From: an uncultured Verrucomicrobiales bacterium
Lineage (GTDB): Bacteria; Verrucomicrobiota; Verrucomicrobiia; Verrucomicrobiales; DEV007
Assembly (NCBI GenBank): GCA_938091905.1
Contig: CALKOM010000093.1
Span: 1 to 61,424 of the forward strand
Direction of reading: 5' to 3'
Length of the DNA stretch: 61,424 bases
Part shown: positions 30,397 to 39,948 of the stretch, in pieces
How positions within the stretch are numbered: position 1 is the stretch's first letter
Layout of the letters: each line of letters begins with the position of its first letter
Position numbers and translations under genes: made by a program
Notes under the pieces: model-generated
Seen by the model: only the letters and a program-made list of their open reading frames with translations
What the model was told of the DNA's origin: nothing
The model's database searches: none

Positions 30397-32271
30397 ATGA
30401 TTCTCCCGCGAACCTTCATCGTCACCCTCTGCCTTCTCGCCGCAGAAGTTAGCCACGCTAATTCTATAGACTTCTCACACGATGTCCTGCCGCTCCTTCG
30501 CGCGCATTGCGTCAAGTGCCATGCCAACGGCAACTACAAGGGTGGACTCTCCATAGATACCCGTGAGGCCTTGCTTCAATCTGAGAGCGTGGAGCTCGGA
30601 AACGGCGCAGCTAGTCCGCTTGTCCACCTATTGAAAGAGACAAAGGACGCCGATCGTATGCCGCAGAAGGCAGACCCACTTCCCGTTGAGAGCATCGCCA
30701 TCCTTGAAACATGGATCAGCGAAGGGTTGGTCTGGGAGAAAGGGTTCACTTTTAAAGAGTCCACGTGGGTGGCACCCCTCGCTCCTCGTCGCCCCATCTT
30801 ACCAGCTGTGGGCTCGTTGGGCTCCCATCCGATTGATCGCTTTGTCAGTGCTTACTTTACCGAGAACAAACTCGCACCCTCTAGGCCCTTGTCAGATCGC
30901 GCCTTCTATCGCCGGGTAGCGCTCGATCTATTGGGATTGTTGCCTGATCCGGATGCCGTCGACGCCTTCGCTGAGAATACCTCACCCAACAAGCGCCGCC
31001 TGCTGATCGACCGATTGCTAAACCAGTCCGTAAACTACGCAGATCACTGGATCACCTTCTGGAACGATCTGCTGCGCAACGACTATAAAGGAACCGGATT
31101 CATTGATGGCGGTCGTAAGCAGATCACGGAATGGCTCTACCAATCGTTGGTGGAAAACAAGCCCTACAATGTCTTCGTCCGGGAATTGATCAGTCCCACA
31201 GAAGCCTCCGAAGGATTTATCAAAGGCATCAAGTGGCGCGGGAATGTGAATGCTAGCCAACGCCGCGAGGTCCAGTTCGCTCAGAACCTTTCTCAAGTCT
31301 TCCTCGGTGAGAACATGAAGTGCGCTTCCTGCCATGATAGTTTCATCAATGACTGGAAGCTGACCGATGCCTATGGCTTGGCAGCCATCGTCGCCGATGA
31401 ACCTCTCGAGATTCATCATTGTGACAAACCCACGGGCAATTATGCCAAGACTCAGTTTCCGTTTCCCGAACTTGGGGACATCGACGCGACCAAACCCAAG
31501 TCCGAACGGCTGAAGCAAACTGCCGCGCTGATGACGTCTCCAAAGAATGGGCGATTTGCGCGCACGATCGTCAATCGACTATGGCAGCGCCTCCTTGGTC
31601 GCGGAGTGGTCGAACCAGTCGACATGATGTCTAGCGAACCGTGGAATGCTGACCTGCTAGATTACTTAGCGGTCCATCTCATCGACAGCAACTATGACCT
31701 CAAGAAGACCATCGCCCTCATCACCTCTGCGCAGACTTACCAATCCCACACCGTCGGACGCCACGTTGGTCCAAAAGAAGAGTATCGATTTAGAGGTCCT
31801 ATCGCGAAGCGCCTAACGGCAGAACAATTCATTGACGCCCTCTGGAAGATCACCGGTCAGGCGCCAGCGAAAGTTGCTGCGAAAGGAGCAGACAAAGGTG
31901 ACCGAGGCTTTGTAAGAGCTTCACTGGTCCACTCGTCTTACCTCATGCGCGCCCTTGGCAGGCCGAATCGAGAGCAGGTCGTCACCGTGCGCCCAGAAGA
32001 CCTTTCGACTCTACAGGCCTTGGAACTAAACAACGGAAAGGACTTCACGGAACTACTCGACAAAGGAGCCAGCAGTCTGTTAGAACGATTTCCTGAGTCC
32101 ACCGCGAGCACCTTAATCATTGAAGTCTATCGCCAAGCTCTATCCAGAGATCCCACGCCTGACGAACTCACACATGTAGGTTCACTCTTCGAGGGCCCCC
32201 CTCAACCAGAAACAGTGGCTGATCTTCTCTGGATGATCTTTCTGCTTCCCGAATTCCAACTTCTTCCATAG
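30397..32271 (+). CDS. Planctomycete cytochrome c + DUF1549 (PSCyt2) + DUF1553 (PSD1) protein
   Basis: CVKCH and CASCHD heme-binding motifs, HPIDRFV, RRVALDLLGLLP, IVNRLWQRLLGRG. Confidence 0.92.
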   Translation: MILPRTFIVTLCLLAAEVSHANSIDFSHDVLPLLRAHCVKCHANGNYKGGLSIDTREALLQSESVELGNGAASPLVHLLKETKDADRMPQKADPLPVESIAILETWISEGLVWEKGFTFKESTWVAPLAPRRPILPAVGSLGSHPIDRFVSAYFTENKLAPSRPLSDRAFYRRVALDLLGLLPDPDAVDAFAENTSPNKRRLLIDRLLNQSVNYADHWITFWNDLLRNDYKGTGFIDGGRKQITEWLYQSLVENKPYNVFVRELISPTEASEGFIKGIKWRGNVNASQRREVQFAQNLSQVFLGENMKCASCHDSFINDWKLTDAYGLAAIVADEPLEIHHCDKPTGNYAKTQFPFPELGDIDATKPKSERLKQTAALMTSPKNGRFARTIVNRLWQRLLGRGVVEPVDMMSSEPWNADLLDYLAVHLIDSNYDLKKTIALITSAQTYQSHTVGRHVGPKEEYRFRGPIAKRLTAEQFIDALWKITGQAPAKVAAKGADKGDRGFVRASLVHSSYLMRALGRPNREQVVTVRPEDLSTLQALELNNGKDFTELLDKGASSLLERFPESTASTLIIEVYRQALSRDPTPDELTHVGSLFEGPPQPETVADLLWMIFLLPEFQLLP

Positions 32272-32273
32272 CC

Positions 32274-33704
32274 ATGAGTCCTTCCACATCTGAGACACGA
32301 CGAGACTTTCTCAAGCAACTCCGTGGCGCATCGATTGCTGCCATGACAGCAGGTGCACCACAGTTCGTCCACAGCGCTAACCTCAAACATCCAACCGCAA
32401 AGGCGGACACCTGCATCCTACTCTGGATGGGAGGTGGCATGGCGGCTCCCGACACCTTCGACCCAAAGCACTATGAGCCGTTCAAGGTGGGTCTGCCCGT
32501 CAAGGACGTCGGGAGCACGTTCCCCGCCATTGACACCGTAGCCGATGGTATTCAGATCACGCAAGGGTTAGAGCACATCGCCAAAGTGATGGATCGCGGG
32601 ACGCTGATCCGGTCGCATGTGCAGCCGGATCTTGGACACATCCTTCACTCGCGTCACCAGTATCACTGGCACACCGGCTACGTACCTCCTCAAACCGTAG
32701 CAGCGCCTCACATTGGTGCATGGATGTCGAAAGTGCTCGGCCCACGAAACCCAGCGATCCCAGCATTCATTGACATTGGCCAACGCATCGAAGGCGTGGG
32801 AGAACAGGAAGAACTGAAAGCCTTTCATACCGGCGGCTTCTTCGGAACCGAGTACGGTCCCTTTCTGCTCCCCTACCCAGATCAAGCGATGGCTGCCGTA
32901 CGTCCGCCTAAAGGCATGACGCCTGGCAGATTCGCCAATCGGTATCAGTTTTACAAAGATCTCATCGCGAAGAGCCCGATGGGCAAACGAGGCAGTAGTT
33001 TCCAGCAAGAATCCATGCTCCGCGCCATGGACAACGCTCATCGCCTTCTCAGCTCTCCTGAGCGCGTCGCTTTCGATCTATCAGAGGAACCCAAAGAAGT
33101 TTACGACAAATACAATACGGGCCGCTTCGGCTTAGGCTGCTTGTTAGCCCGACGCCTCACCGAATCCGGGGCACGCTTCATCGAAGTCACGACGGAGTAC
33201 GTGCCGTTTCTACATTGGGATACCCACGAGAAAGGCCACAGCACGTTGGCTCGCTTGAAACAGGAGATTGACCAGCCTATCGCCCAGCTCGTGCTCGATT
33301 TAGAAGCCCGTGGTCTTCTCGACCGCACCTTGGTCGTCGTAGCAAGTGAGTTCAGCCGAGACATGATCATCGAAGGGGTTCCTGGCAGCAACGCGCGGGA
33401 TCAAGCAAGTTCAAAAGTCGATCTCCTCACGGAGATGAAACACTATGGGCAGCACCGCCACTTCACAGGCGGCAGCAGCGTGCTCATGTTCGGCGGCGGA
33501 GTGAAACGCGGCCACCTCTATGGCGACACCGCAGACGAACGTCCTTTCATTGCGACAAAAAATCCTATCAGTGTGCCCGATCTCCACGCCACGATCTTCC
33601 ATGCGATGGGCTTCTCGCCAGAAACCGCCTTCGAGGTCGAAGAGCGTCCCTTTTACGCCACTGAAGACGGCAAGGGACGTCCACATCTTGGAATCTTCGG
33701 CTAG
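32274..33704 (+). CDS. DUF1501 family protein with Tat signal
   Basis: TRRDFL; ILLWMGGG...DTFDPK; CLLARRL; WDTH; SEFSR; GGGVK. Confidence 0.92.
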   Translation: MSPSTSETRRDFLKQLRGASIAAMTAGAPQFVHSANLKHPTAKADTCILLWMGGGMAAPDTFDPKHYEPFKVGLPVKDVGSTFPAIDTVADGIQITQGLEHIAKVMDRGTLIRSHVQPDLGHILHSRHQYHWHTGYVPPQTVAAPHIGAWMSKVLGPRNPAIPAFIDIGQRIEGVGEQEELKAFHTGGFFGTEYGPFLLPYPDQAMAAVRPPKGMTPGRFANRYQFYKDLIAKSPMGKRGSSFQQESMLRAMDNAHRLLSSPERVAFDLSEEPKEVYDKYNTGRFGLGCLLARRLTESGARFIEVTTEYVPFLHWDTHEKGHSTLARLKQEIDQPIAQLVLDLEARGLLDRTLVVVASEFSRDMIIEGVPGSNARDQASSKVDLLTEMKHYGQHRHFTGGSSVLMFGGGVKRGHLYGDTADERPFIATKNPISVPDLHATIFHAMGFSPETAFEVEERPFYATEDGKGRPHLGIFG

Positions 33705-33719
33705 CCGATTTACTCGTGG

Positions 33720-34457
33720 TTAATAGTTGAAGCCGTAGGCTAGACCAGGGAGCTTCAGATCAAACATCAGGAAGGTCAGCGAGTGATTTCCAAAGATACG
33801 AGTAATCGACACATGCTCATCCACACCACTATACATGAGCATGCTTGACCACGCACCCTTCCGTAGGTGCACGCCGCCAACGGCACGCACTTCACCAAGT
33901 TTCTCAATGAAGGTCGCCCCACCATAGCCCGATACATTCACACCCCCCACTTCAAACAAGTGCTTTGATAGAGTCCCGTAGTAACTTTGGCTGTTGATGT
34001 CGCCGAAGTCGTCGTTGCTCGTTCCCAAGATCAAGGCTGGACGCCAGCCATCATCCTCAGAAAAGACCCGCCAATTGGCCAGAAGACTCACATCGTCCGT
34101 CAACGGACGATAATCCACGCCAATACGCAGTGACTCCGTTGCTTGGTAACTGAGATTGAAGTACAGCTTTCCGTGGTCCGGCTTCTCTGGAATCCAACGT
34201 GAATATAACGTGAAGCCCCTTGGGTCTTCAGGCCAACTCAAGATCGAGCCCACGTCCTGCAAGAAGGAGCTGTCGCTCTCGGTCAGAAAGCTAACCGATG
34301 GGAAGGGATCCTCATCTGGGTCCAATGATCGGCCACGCACGGTGCCCGCTTCGCCTGGTCACATCACTCAGGCCGGAACCTCAGAAGCAGGGCGCTGGGC
34401 CCAGGCAGGGGTCACGGCGAGCAGGAGCAGGGCGGAACAAAGAAGACGAAACGTCAT
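33720..34457 (-). CDS. Candidate secreted UxxU selenoprotein with outer-membrane beta-barrel-like domain (245 aa)
   Basis: ATG 34457: MTFRLLCSALLLLAVTPAWA-QRPASEVPA-TGA-V-M-TGA-PGEAGTVRGRSLD..., in frame with ORF 33720..34340; TGAs at 34368-34370 and 34359-34361; alternating beta strands; aromatic C-terminus LAYGFNY. Confidence 0.8.
34322..34358 (-). promoter_or_regulatory. Candidate bacterial SECIS element
   Basis: Immediately 3' of the second UGA: CCAG-GCGAAG-CGG-G-CAC-[CGUGC]-GUG-G-CCG-AUCA-UUGG; apical loop 17 nt from UGA2 and 26 nt from UGA1, with G at loop position 2; folded by eye. Confidence 0.6.
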
Positions 34458-34520
34458 GTTTAGACGGTCAACGGAAAGGGCTTCCTTTGCCAGGAAAATT
34501 TTCACTTGCGGAACGGCAGA

Positions 34521-34560
34521 TCTAATTCTTAGTAAGTTGACTCAATTACTAAGGATTAGA
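34521..34560. promoter_or_regulatory. Palindromic operator, candidate Rrf2/CymR site
   Basis: TCTAATTCTTAGTAA-G-TTGACTCAA-TTACTAAGGATTAGA; 15-bp arms with 1 mismatch, ending 4 bp before the cysI ATG. Confidence 0.65.
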
Positions 34561-34564
34561 TTTC

Positions 34565-36286
34565 ATGCCCACACCAACGGAAGACAAGCCACTGCATAAG
34601 AACGAAGGCCTAAAGGTCGAGAGCAACTTCCTCCGGGGAACCATCCTCGAAGGACTCGCCGACGAATCTACGGGTGCGATCTCTGATGCTGACACGCAGC
34701 TGACGAAGTTCCACGGAATTTACCAGCAGGATGACCGCGATCTCCGCAGGGAACGACGCAAAGCCAAGCAGGAGAAGGCGTTCTCCTTTATGATTCGCGT
34801 CCGCGTACCTGGAGGCGTCTGCTCTTCGAAACAGTGGCTGGAAATGGATGGTCTCGCCAGCGCTTACGCCAATGAGACAATCAAGCTGACCACCCGACAA
34901 GCCTTCCAGTTTCACGGCGTGCTCAAAGGCAACTTGAAGCAAACCATCAAGGAGATCAATGAAACGTTGTTAGACACCCTTGCTGCTTGCGGGGATGTGA
35001 ACCGCAATGTGATGTGCAACCCGAACCCCTATCAGTCCCATGTTCATGCCGAAGTGCAGAAGGTGACTGAGGCTATTAGCGATCATCTTTCCCCGCGCAC
35101 GGGTGCTTATCACGAGATCTGGTTAGACAAAGAGAAGATCACCAAAGACCCAGAGCAAGAGGAGCCTCTCTATGGGAAGACCTATTTACCACGTAAATTC
35201 AAGACTGTAGTCGCGGTGCCACCTAGCAATGATGTGGATATCTTTGCCCATGATCTCGGCTACATTGCGATCATTGAAGACGACAAACTAGTCGGGTTCA
35301 ATGTCACCGTCGGTGGCGGCATGGGAATGTCTCACAACAAAGAAGCCACATTCCCACGCCTGGCTCAAGTCCTGGGATTCTGCACGCCTGAGCAGGCTGT
35401 GGAGGTGGCCGAGAAGATTGTCATGGTCCAACGCGACCACGGCGACCGCACCGACCGTGCGCACGCTCGCTTGAAATACACGATCGAAGATCACGGACTC
35501 GATTGGTTCCGCGATCAAGTTGAGGAGCGTTTGGGCTACAAGTTAGGAGACGAGCGCGCCTTCACGTTTGACCACAACGGTGATCGTTACGGTTGGAGAG
35601 AAGGCACTGATGGAAAGCACCACTACACGTTGTTCATCCAGAATGGCCGCGTGCTCGATACCGAAGAGATCAAGATGCGTACTGCCTTGCGCGAAATCGC
35701 CAAGATTCATGAAGGCGACTTCCGACTCACTGCGAACCAGAACCTGATCATCGGCGGCGTGGCTGCGGATGCCAAAGCAAAGATAGACGCTCTCCTCGCT
35801 GAATATGACCTAGACAAGAACAACCTCGGCAGTGCCTTGCGCCTGAATTCCATGGCTTGTGTGGCCTTACCAACTTGCGGTCTCGCTCTCGCTGAAAGCG
35901 AGCGCTACCTCCCTGATCTCGTGACTGAGTTAGATGGTGTAATCGAGGAAGCGGGACTGCGCGAGGACGCCCTCACCATTCGCATGACTGGCTGCCCGAA
36001 CGGTTGCGCACGCCCTTACCTGGCAGAGATCGCCATGGTGGGTCGCGCCCCAGGCAAATACAACCTCTACCTCGGTGGTGGCTTTGTCGGCAATCGATTA
36101 AACAAGCTCTACAGAGAGTCCGTTAAGAGCGAGGAACTAAAGCCGATTCTTCAGCCCATGATCGAAAGCTACGCGAAAGAACGTGAAGACGGCGAGCGCT
36201 TTGGTGACTTTGTAATTCGAAAAGGTATCATCAAGGAAACGACAGCTGGCAACAACTTCCACCAAAACCTCGGAGAGACCAAGTGA
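34565..36286 (+). CDS. cysI: Sulfite reductase hemoprotein subunit
   Basis: KFHGIYQQDDRD, TTRQAFQFHG, YLPRKFK, MACVALPTCGLA, MTGCPNGCARP. Confidence 0.97.
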   Translation: MPTPTEDKPLHKNEGLKVESNFLRGTILEGLADESTGAISDADTQLTKFHGIYQQDDRDLRRERRKAKQEKAFSFMIRVRVPGGVCSSKQWLEMDGLASAYANETIKLTTRQAFQFHGVLKGNLKQTIKEINETLLDTLAACGDVNRNVMCNPNPYQSHVHAEVQKVTEAISDHLSPRTGAYHEIWLDKEKITKDPEQEEPLYGKTYLPRKFKTVVAVPPSNDVDIFAHDLGYIAIIEDDKLVGFNVTVGGGMGMSHNKEATFPRLAQVLGFCTPEQAVEVAEKIVMVQRDHGDRTDRAHARLKYTIEDHGLDWFRDQVEERLGYKLGDERAFTFDHNGDRYGWREGTDGKHHYTLFIQNGRVLDTEEIKMRTALREIAKIHEGDFRLTANQNLIIGGVAADAKAKIDALLAEYDLDKNNLGSALRLNSMACVALPTCGLALAESERYLPDLVTELDGVIEEAGLREDALTIRMTGCPNGCARPYLAEIAMVGRAPGKYNLYLGGGFVGNRLNKLYRESVKSEELKPILQPMIESYAKEREDGERFGDFVIRKGIIKETTAGNNFHQNLGETK

Positions 36287-37017
36287 TGAATGCGCCCTTA
36301 GGGCAAGAGACAAGCCTAGCCGGCCGCATCAGTGCGAATTGGACGACCTTGTCAGCGGCAGAGCGTATTCGCTCCATTGCCGCCACACAGAGTGATGGAC
36401 TCATCGCGACAACGAGTTTTGGCGCCCAGTCTGCAATCATGCTGCACTTGCTCAAAGAGAACGCTCCCGAGATCCCTATCATCTTCATTGATACAGGCTA
36501 TCTCTTTCCCGAAACCTACCAGTTTGCTGAACAACTCATCAAGACCTGGAACCTAGACATACGAACCTACCACCCAACGTATAGCTCAGCGCGCCTGGAA
36601 GCCCTGTATGGCAAGCTATGGGAGCAAGGTGACAAAGGTGCTGAAAAATACGGCGTGATCACGAAGGTCGAGCCTATGGACCGGGCACTCAAGGACCTCG
36701 GAGCCACATCGTGGCTCAGTGGCCTTCGCCGCTCTCAATCCTCGTTTCGGGCTGGCCGCCACTACGCTGAGCAGCAGAAGGCCACACTCAAACTGTATCC
36801 GATTCTCGATTGGTCAGATGGCGAAGCTGCCGACTACATAAAGGAGCACGATCTTCCAAAGCACCCCCTGGTTAGGCAGGGCTACGTCTCCATTGGCGAT
36901 TGGCACTCGACAAAGCCCATGACGGAAGGTATGACCGCCGAAGATACTCGTTTTGATGGAGCCAAGCGAGAATGCGGGCTGCATCTTCCCTCCGAACAAC
37001 AAGACTTTCAAATCTAA
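36283..37017 (+). CDS. cysH: Phosphoadenylyl-sulfate (PAPS) reductase
   Basis: TSFGAQS, IDTGYLFPETY, GLRRSQS, GYVSIGD, ECGLH; no Fe-S cysteines; extra tail LPSEQQDFQI. Confidence 0.95.
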   Translation: MMNAPLGQETSLAGRISANWTTLSAAERIRSIAATQSDGLIATTSFGAQSAIMLHLLKENAPEIPIIFIDTGYLFPETYQFAEQLIKTWNLDIRTYHPTYSSARLEALYGKLWEQGDKGAEKYGVITKVEPMDRALKDLGATSWLSGLRRSQSSFRAGRHYAEQQKATLKLYPILDWSDGEAADYIKEHDLPKHPLVRQGYVSIGDWHSTKPMTEGMTAEDTRFDGAKRECGLHLPSEQQDFQI

Positions 37018-37029
37018 CACTCGCTCTCT

Positions 37030-38001
37030 ATGAAGATTGCCAACAACATCACCGGAACCATCGGAAACACGCCACTCATTCGCTTGAACAAAGTGACTGA
37101 AGGCGCAGATGCCGAGATCGTCATTAAAGCAGAATTCTTCAACCCACTCTTTAGTGTGAAGGACCGCATCGGCCTCGCCATGATCGAAGCAGGCGAGCGT
37201 GATGGCAGCATTAAAGACAATACTACTATCATCGAGCCAACCTCAGGCAACACGGGCATCGCACTGGCATTCGTTTGCCGCACCAAAGGTTACAGATGCA
37301 TCCTGACAATGCCTGAAACAATGTCCGTGGAACGACGCGTATTGTTGCGCATGTTAGGTGCTGAAGTCGTGCTCACTCCAGGACCACGCGGTATGGGCGG
37401 TGCCATTCTAAAGGCAGAGATGCTCTCCCAAGAACTAGGTGACATGGCGTTCAATCCTCAGCAGTTCAATAACCCGGCAAATCCCGAAGTACACCGTCGC
37501 ACGACGGCAGAAGAAATTTGGGACGCGACTGAAGGCCGCATCGATGCCTTTGTTGCAGGAGTCGGCACCGGTGGCACCATTACCGGTGTATCTGAGGTAC
37601 TCAAGACTCGCACTGACATGAAGACCATTGCTGTCGAACCCGAGGACAGCCCCGTCATTTCCGGCGGCAAGCCTGGTCCCCACAAGATTCAAGGCATCGG
37701 CGCCGGATTTATTCCTAACAATCTCAATAGGGACATCATCGATGATGTAGAACAAGTTACCAACGACGCGGCCTTCGCCATGGCGCGTCGTCTGGCTGAA
37801 GAAGAAGGTATTCCAGCCGGCATTTCTACGGGAGCCAACGTCGTCGCGGCCATCAACGTCGCTAAACGTTCCGATATGGCTGGCAAGCGCATCGTCGTCG
37901 TCGCCCCAAGCCCTACCGAACGCTATCTGAGCACACCCCTAGCTGAAAGCGTCCGCGCCGAGGTCGCTGCACTGCCTGTGTCGGAACTCCCTGCCGTTTA
38001 G
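37030..38001 (+). CDS. cysK: Cysteine synthase A
   Basis: [35 protein letters not shown]. Confidence 0.97.
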   Translation: MKIANNITGTIGNTPLIRLNKVTEGADAEIVIKAEFFNPLFSVKDRIGLAMIEAGERDGSIKDNTTIIEPTSGNTGIALAFVCRTKGYRCILTMPETMSVERRVLLRMLGAEVVLTPGPRGMGGAILKAEMLSQELGDMAFNPQQFNNPANPEVHRRTTAEEIWDATEGRIDAFVAGVGTGGTITGVSEVLKTRTDMKTIAVEPEDSPVISGGKPGPHKIQGIGAGFIPNNLNRDIIDDVEQVTNDAAFAMARRLAEEEGIPAGISTGANVVAAINVAKRSDMAGKRIVVVAPSPTERYLSTPLAESVRAEVAALPVSELPAV

Positions 38002-38411
38002 ATATGGTATTCTAACAAGCCTTCATTCGATATCATCTCCTGCAGCGTAATCGACGCCATCTTGGTTTCGAGATGCTCTGCTATCTCCATCCATATATCA
38101 GCCACACGCTCGCCCGACTCGCCTTTCCGATCGGAATCAATTCCCAAGACATCACCCTCTACAGCCCTAACAATCGTGTCCATCGTGATTTCCGAAGGCG
38201 CCTTCGCCAAGCAATAGCCCCCCATCTTTCCGCGGCGGCTTTGTACGAGACCAGCACGCCGTAAATCATTCAGAATTTGTACAAGGAAGGTAGAAGAAAT
38301 GGATTCCTTATCCGCCAAGTCATCGACCCGAAACACCTGATCACCCACGCAAGACTTCCCTAACTGGATCATCGCCCGACAGGCATATTCAAGTTTCTGA
38401 CTGACCTTCAC
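37998..38411 (-). CDS. Rrf2 family regulator, CymR-like
   Basis: [30 protein letters not shown]; lacks the three IscR Fe-S cysteines; ends LEYHI; embedded in the cys cluster. Confidence 0.88.
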   Translation of the reverse strand: MKVSQKLEYACRAMIQLGKSCVGDQVFRVDDLADKESISSTFLVQILNDLRRAGLVQSRRGKMGGYCLAKAPSEITMDTIVRAVEGDVLGIDSDRKGESGERVADIWMEIAEHLETKMASITLQEMISNEGLLEYHI

Positions 38412-38432
38412 GCACTCTTTCTAACGCATTCC

Positions 38433-39038
38433 ATGAATGAATCCAACGCAAACATTCATACTGAGTTCCATCGGTTGCTCGGCACGGAAGCGAAAGAAGC
38501 GCTGCTTCAGCAACGTGGCCTTGTTGTCTGGATGTATGGGATGTCCGGCAGCGGCAAGAGCACGCTCGCAGTCTCCTTGGAGCGACATTTCCATGAGCAA
38601 GGCTGCCTAACGCAGGTTCTGGATGGCGACAACATTCGCCACGGAATTAACCGCGACCTAGGTTTTAGTCTGGAAGACCGAGAAGAGAATATCCGACGCA
38701 TCTCGGAGATCGCCAAGCTCTCCCGCAATCTTGGAGTAATCACCATCGCTTCGTTTATCACCCCCACAAATGCTCTCCGATCAATTGCACAAGATATCAT
38801 CGGAACGGATCTCTTGCAGGTTTATATCAAGGCCTCGTATGAAGCCTGCGAAGAACGCGATGTGAAGGGCCTTTATGCCAAAGCCAAGAGCGGCGAAGTA
38901 AAACAGTTTACCGGCAAGGATTCTCTCTTTGAACAGCCTGACAACGCCGATCTCATTCTCGACACCGAAACACTTTCTATTGAAGAAGCCACCCAACAAC
39001 TCATCGACGTGGTCAGCCCACGCATCGCTCATTCATGA
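38433..39038 (+). CDS. cysC: Adenylyl-sulfate kinase
   Basis: GMSGSGKST, LDGDNIR, RDVKGLY, FTG. Confidence 0.96.
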   Translation: MNESNANIHTEFHRLLGTEAKEALLQQRGLVVWMYGMSGSGKSTLAVSLERHFHEQGCLTQVLDGDNIRHGINRDLGFSLEDREENIRRISEIAKLSRNLGVITIASFITPTNALRSIAQDIIGTDLLQVYIKASYEACEERDVKGLYAKAKSGEVKQFTGKDSLFEQPDNADLILDTETLSIEEATQQLIDVVSPRIAHS

Positions 39039-39937
39039 ACTACACGATTGACCAATTAGCTCAACTCGAAGCTGAGGCCATCTATGTGCTTCGAGAAACC
39101 GCCGCGCAATTCGAGAATCCTGCACTGCTATTCTCAGGCGGCAAGGACTCGATTGTCATGGCCTGGCTCGCTCGCAAAGCCTTCTGGCCCGCCAAGATCC
39201 CCTTCCCTTTAGTCCACATTGACACTGGGCATAATTTCCCAGAAACAATGACTTATCGCGATAGCTTCGTCGAGAACTTGGGTGCCCGTTTGATTGTGGG
39301 TTCTGTCCAAGCATCCATCGATGCAGGGCGCGTCCGTGAAGAAACCGGCCCTGACGCTAGTCGAAACATGCTACAAACCGTCACTCTGCTGGATACCGTA
39401 GAAGAGCATCAATATGATGCGGCGCTCGGTGGCGGCCGTCGTGATGAAGAGAAAGCCAGGGCCAAAGAGCGATTCTTCTCTGCAAGAGATGAGTTCGGCC
39501 AATGGGACCCCAAGAATCAACGCCCTGAATTATGGAATATCTTTAATGGACGGAAACATCATGGAGAGCACTTCCGCGTCTTTCCCCTGAGCAATTGGAC
39601 GGAAATGGATATTTGGATGTATATCCAACGCGAAGAGATTGAACTCCCGAATCTCTATTTCTCACACAAGCGCAACGTGATCAAACGAGGCAATGCCCTG
39701 CTCGCCGAATGTAAGTATGTCTCGCCACAACCTGGTGAATTGGCCGAAGAGAAAGTCGTTCGCTTTCGCACCATTGGTGACGCGACGTGCACGGGCGCTG
39801 TTGAGTCAGATGCCGACACCCTAGACAAGATCATTCAAGAAGTGGCCACTGCACGCCAAACCGAACGGGGCACTCGCGCCGACGACCAGCGATCGGAAAC
39901 CGCAATGGAAGATAGAAAGAAGGAAGGTTACTTTTAG
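39035..39937 (+). CDS. cysD: Sulfate adenylyltransferase subunit 2
   Basis: LFSGGKDS, GGGRRDEEKARAKER, WDPKNQRPELW, KKEGYF. Confidence 0.98.
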   Translation: MNYTIDQLAQLEAEAIYVLRETAAQFENPALLFSGGKDSIVMAWLARKAFWPAKIPFPLVHIDTGHNFPETMTYRDSFVENLGARLIVGSVQASIDAGRVREETGPDASRNMLQTVTLLDTVEEHQYDAALGGGRRDEEKARAKERFFSARDEFGQWDPKNQRPELWNIFNGRKHHGEHFRVFPLSNWTEMDIWMYIQREEIELPNLYFSHKRNVIKRGNALLAECKYVSPQPGELAEEKVVRFRTIGDATCTGAVESDADTLDKIIQEVATARQTERGTRADDQRSETAMEDRKKEGYF

Positions 39938-39948
39938 ACAACGATTTC

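Noticed and set aside
34359..34370. Genome-wide UGA reassignment (Trp/Gly) as the explanation for the two in-frame TGAs
   Set aside because: TGA is the normal stop for carB, cysI, cysC and int in this window, and conserved Trp residues use TGG
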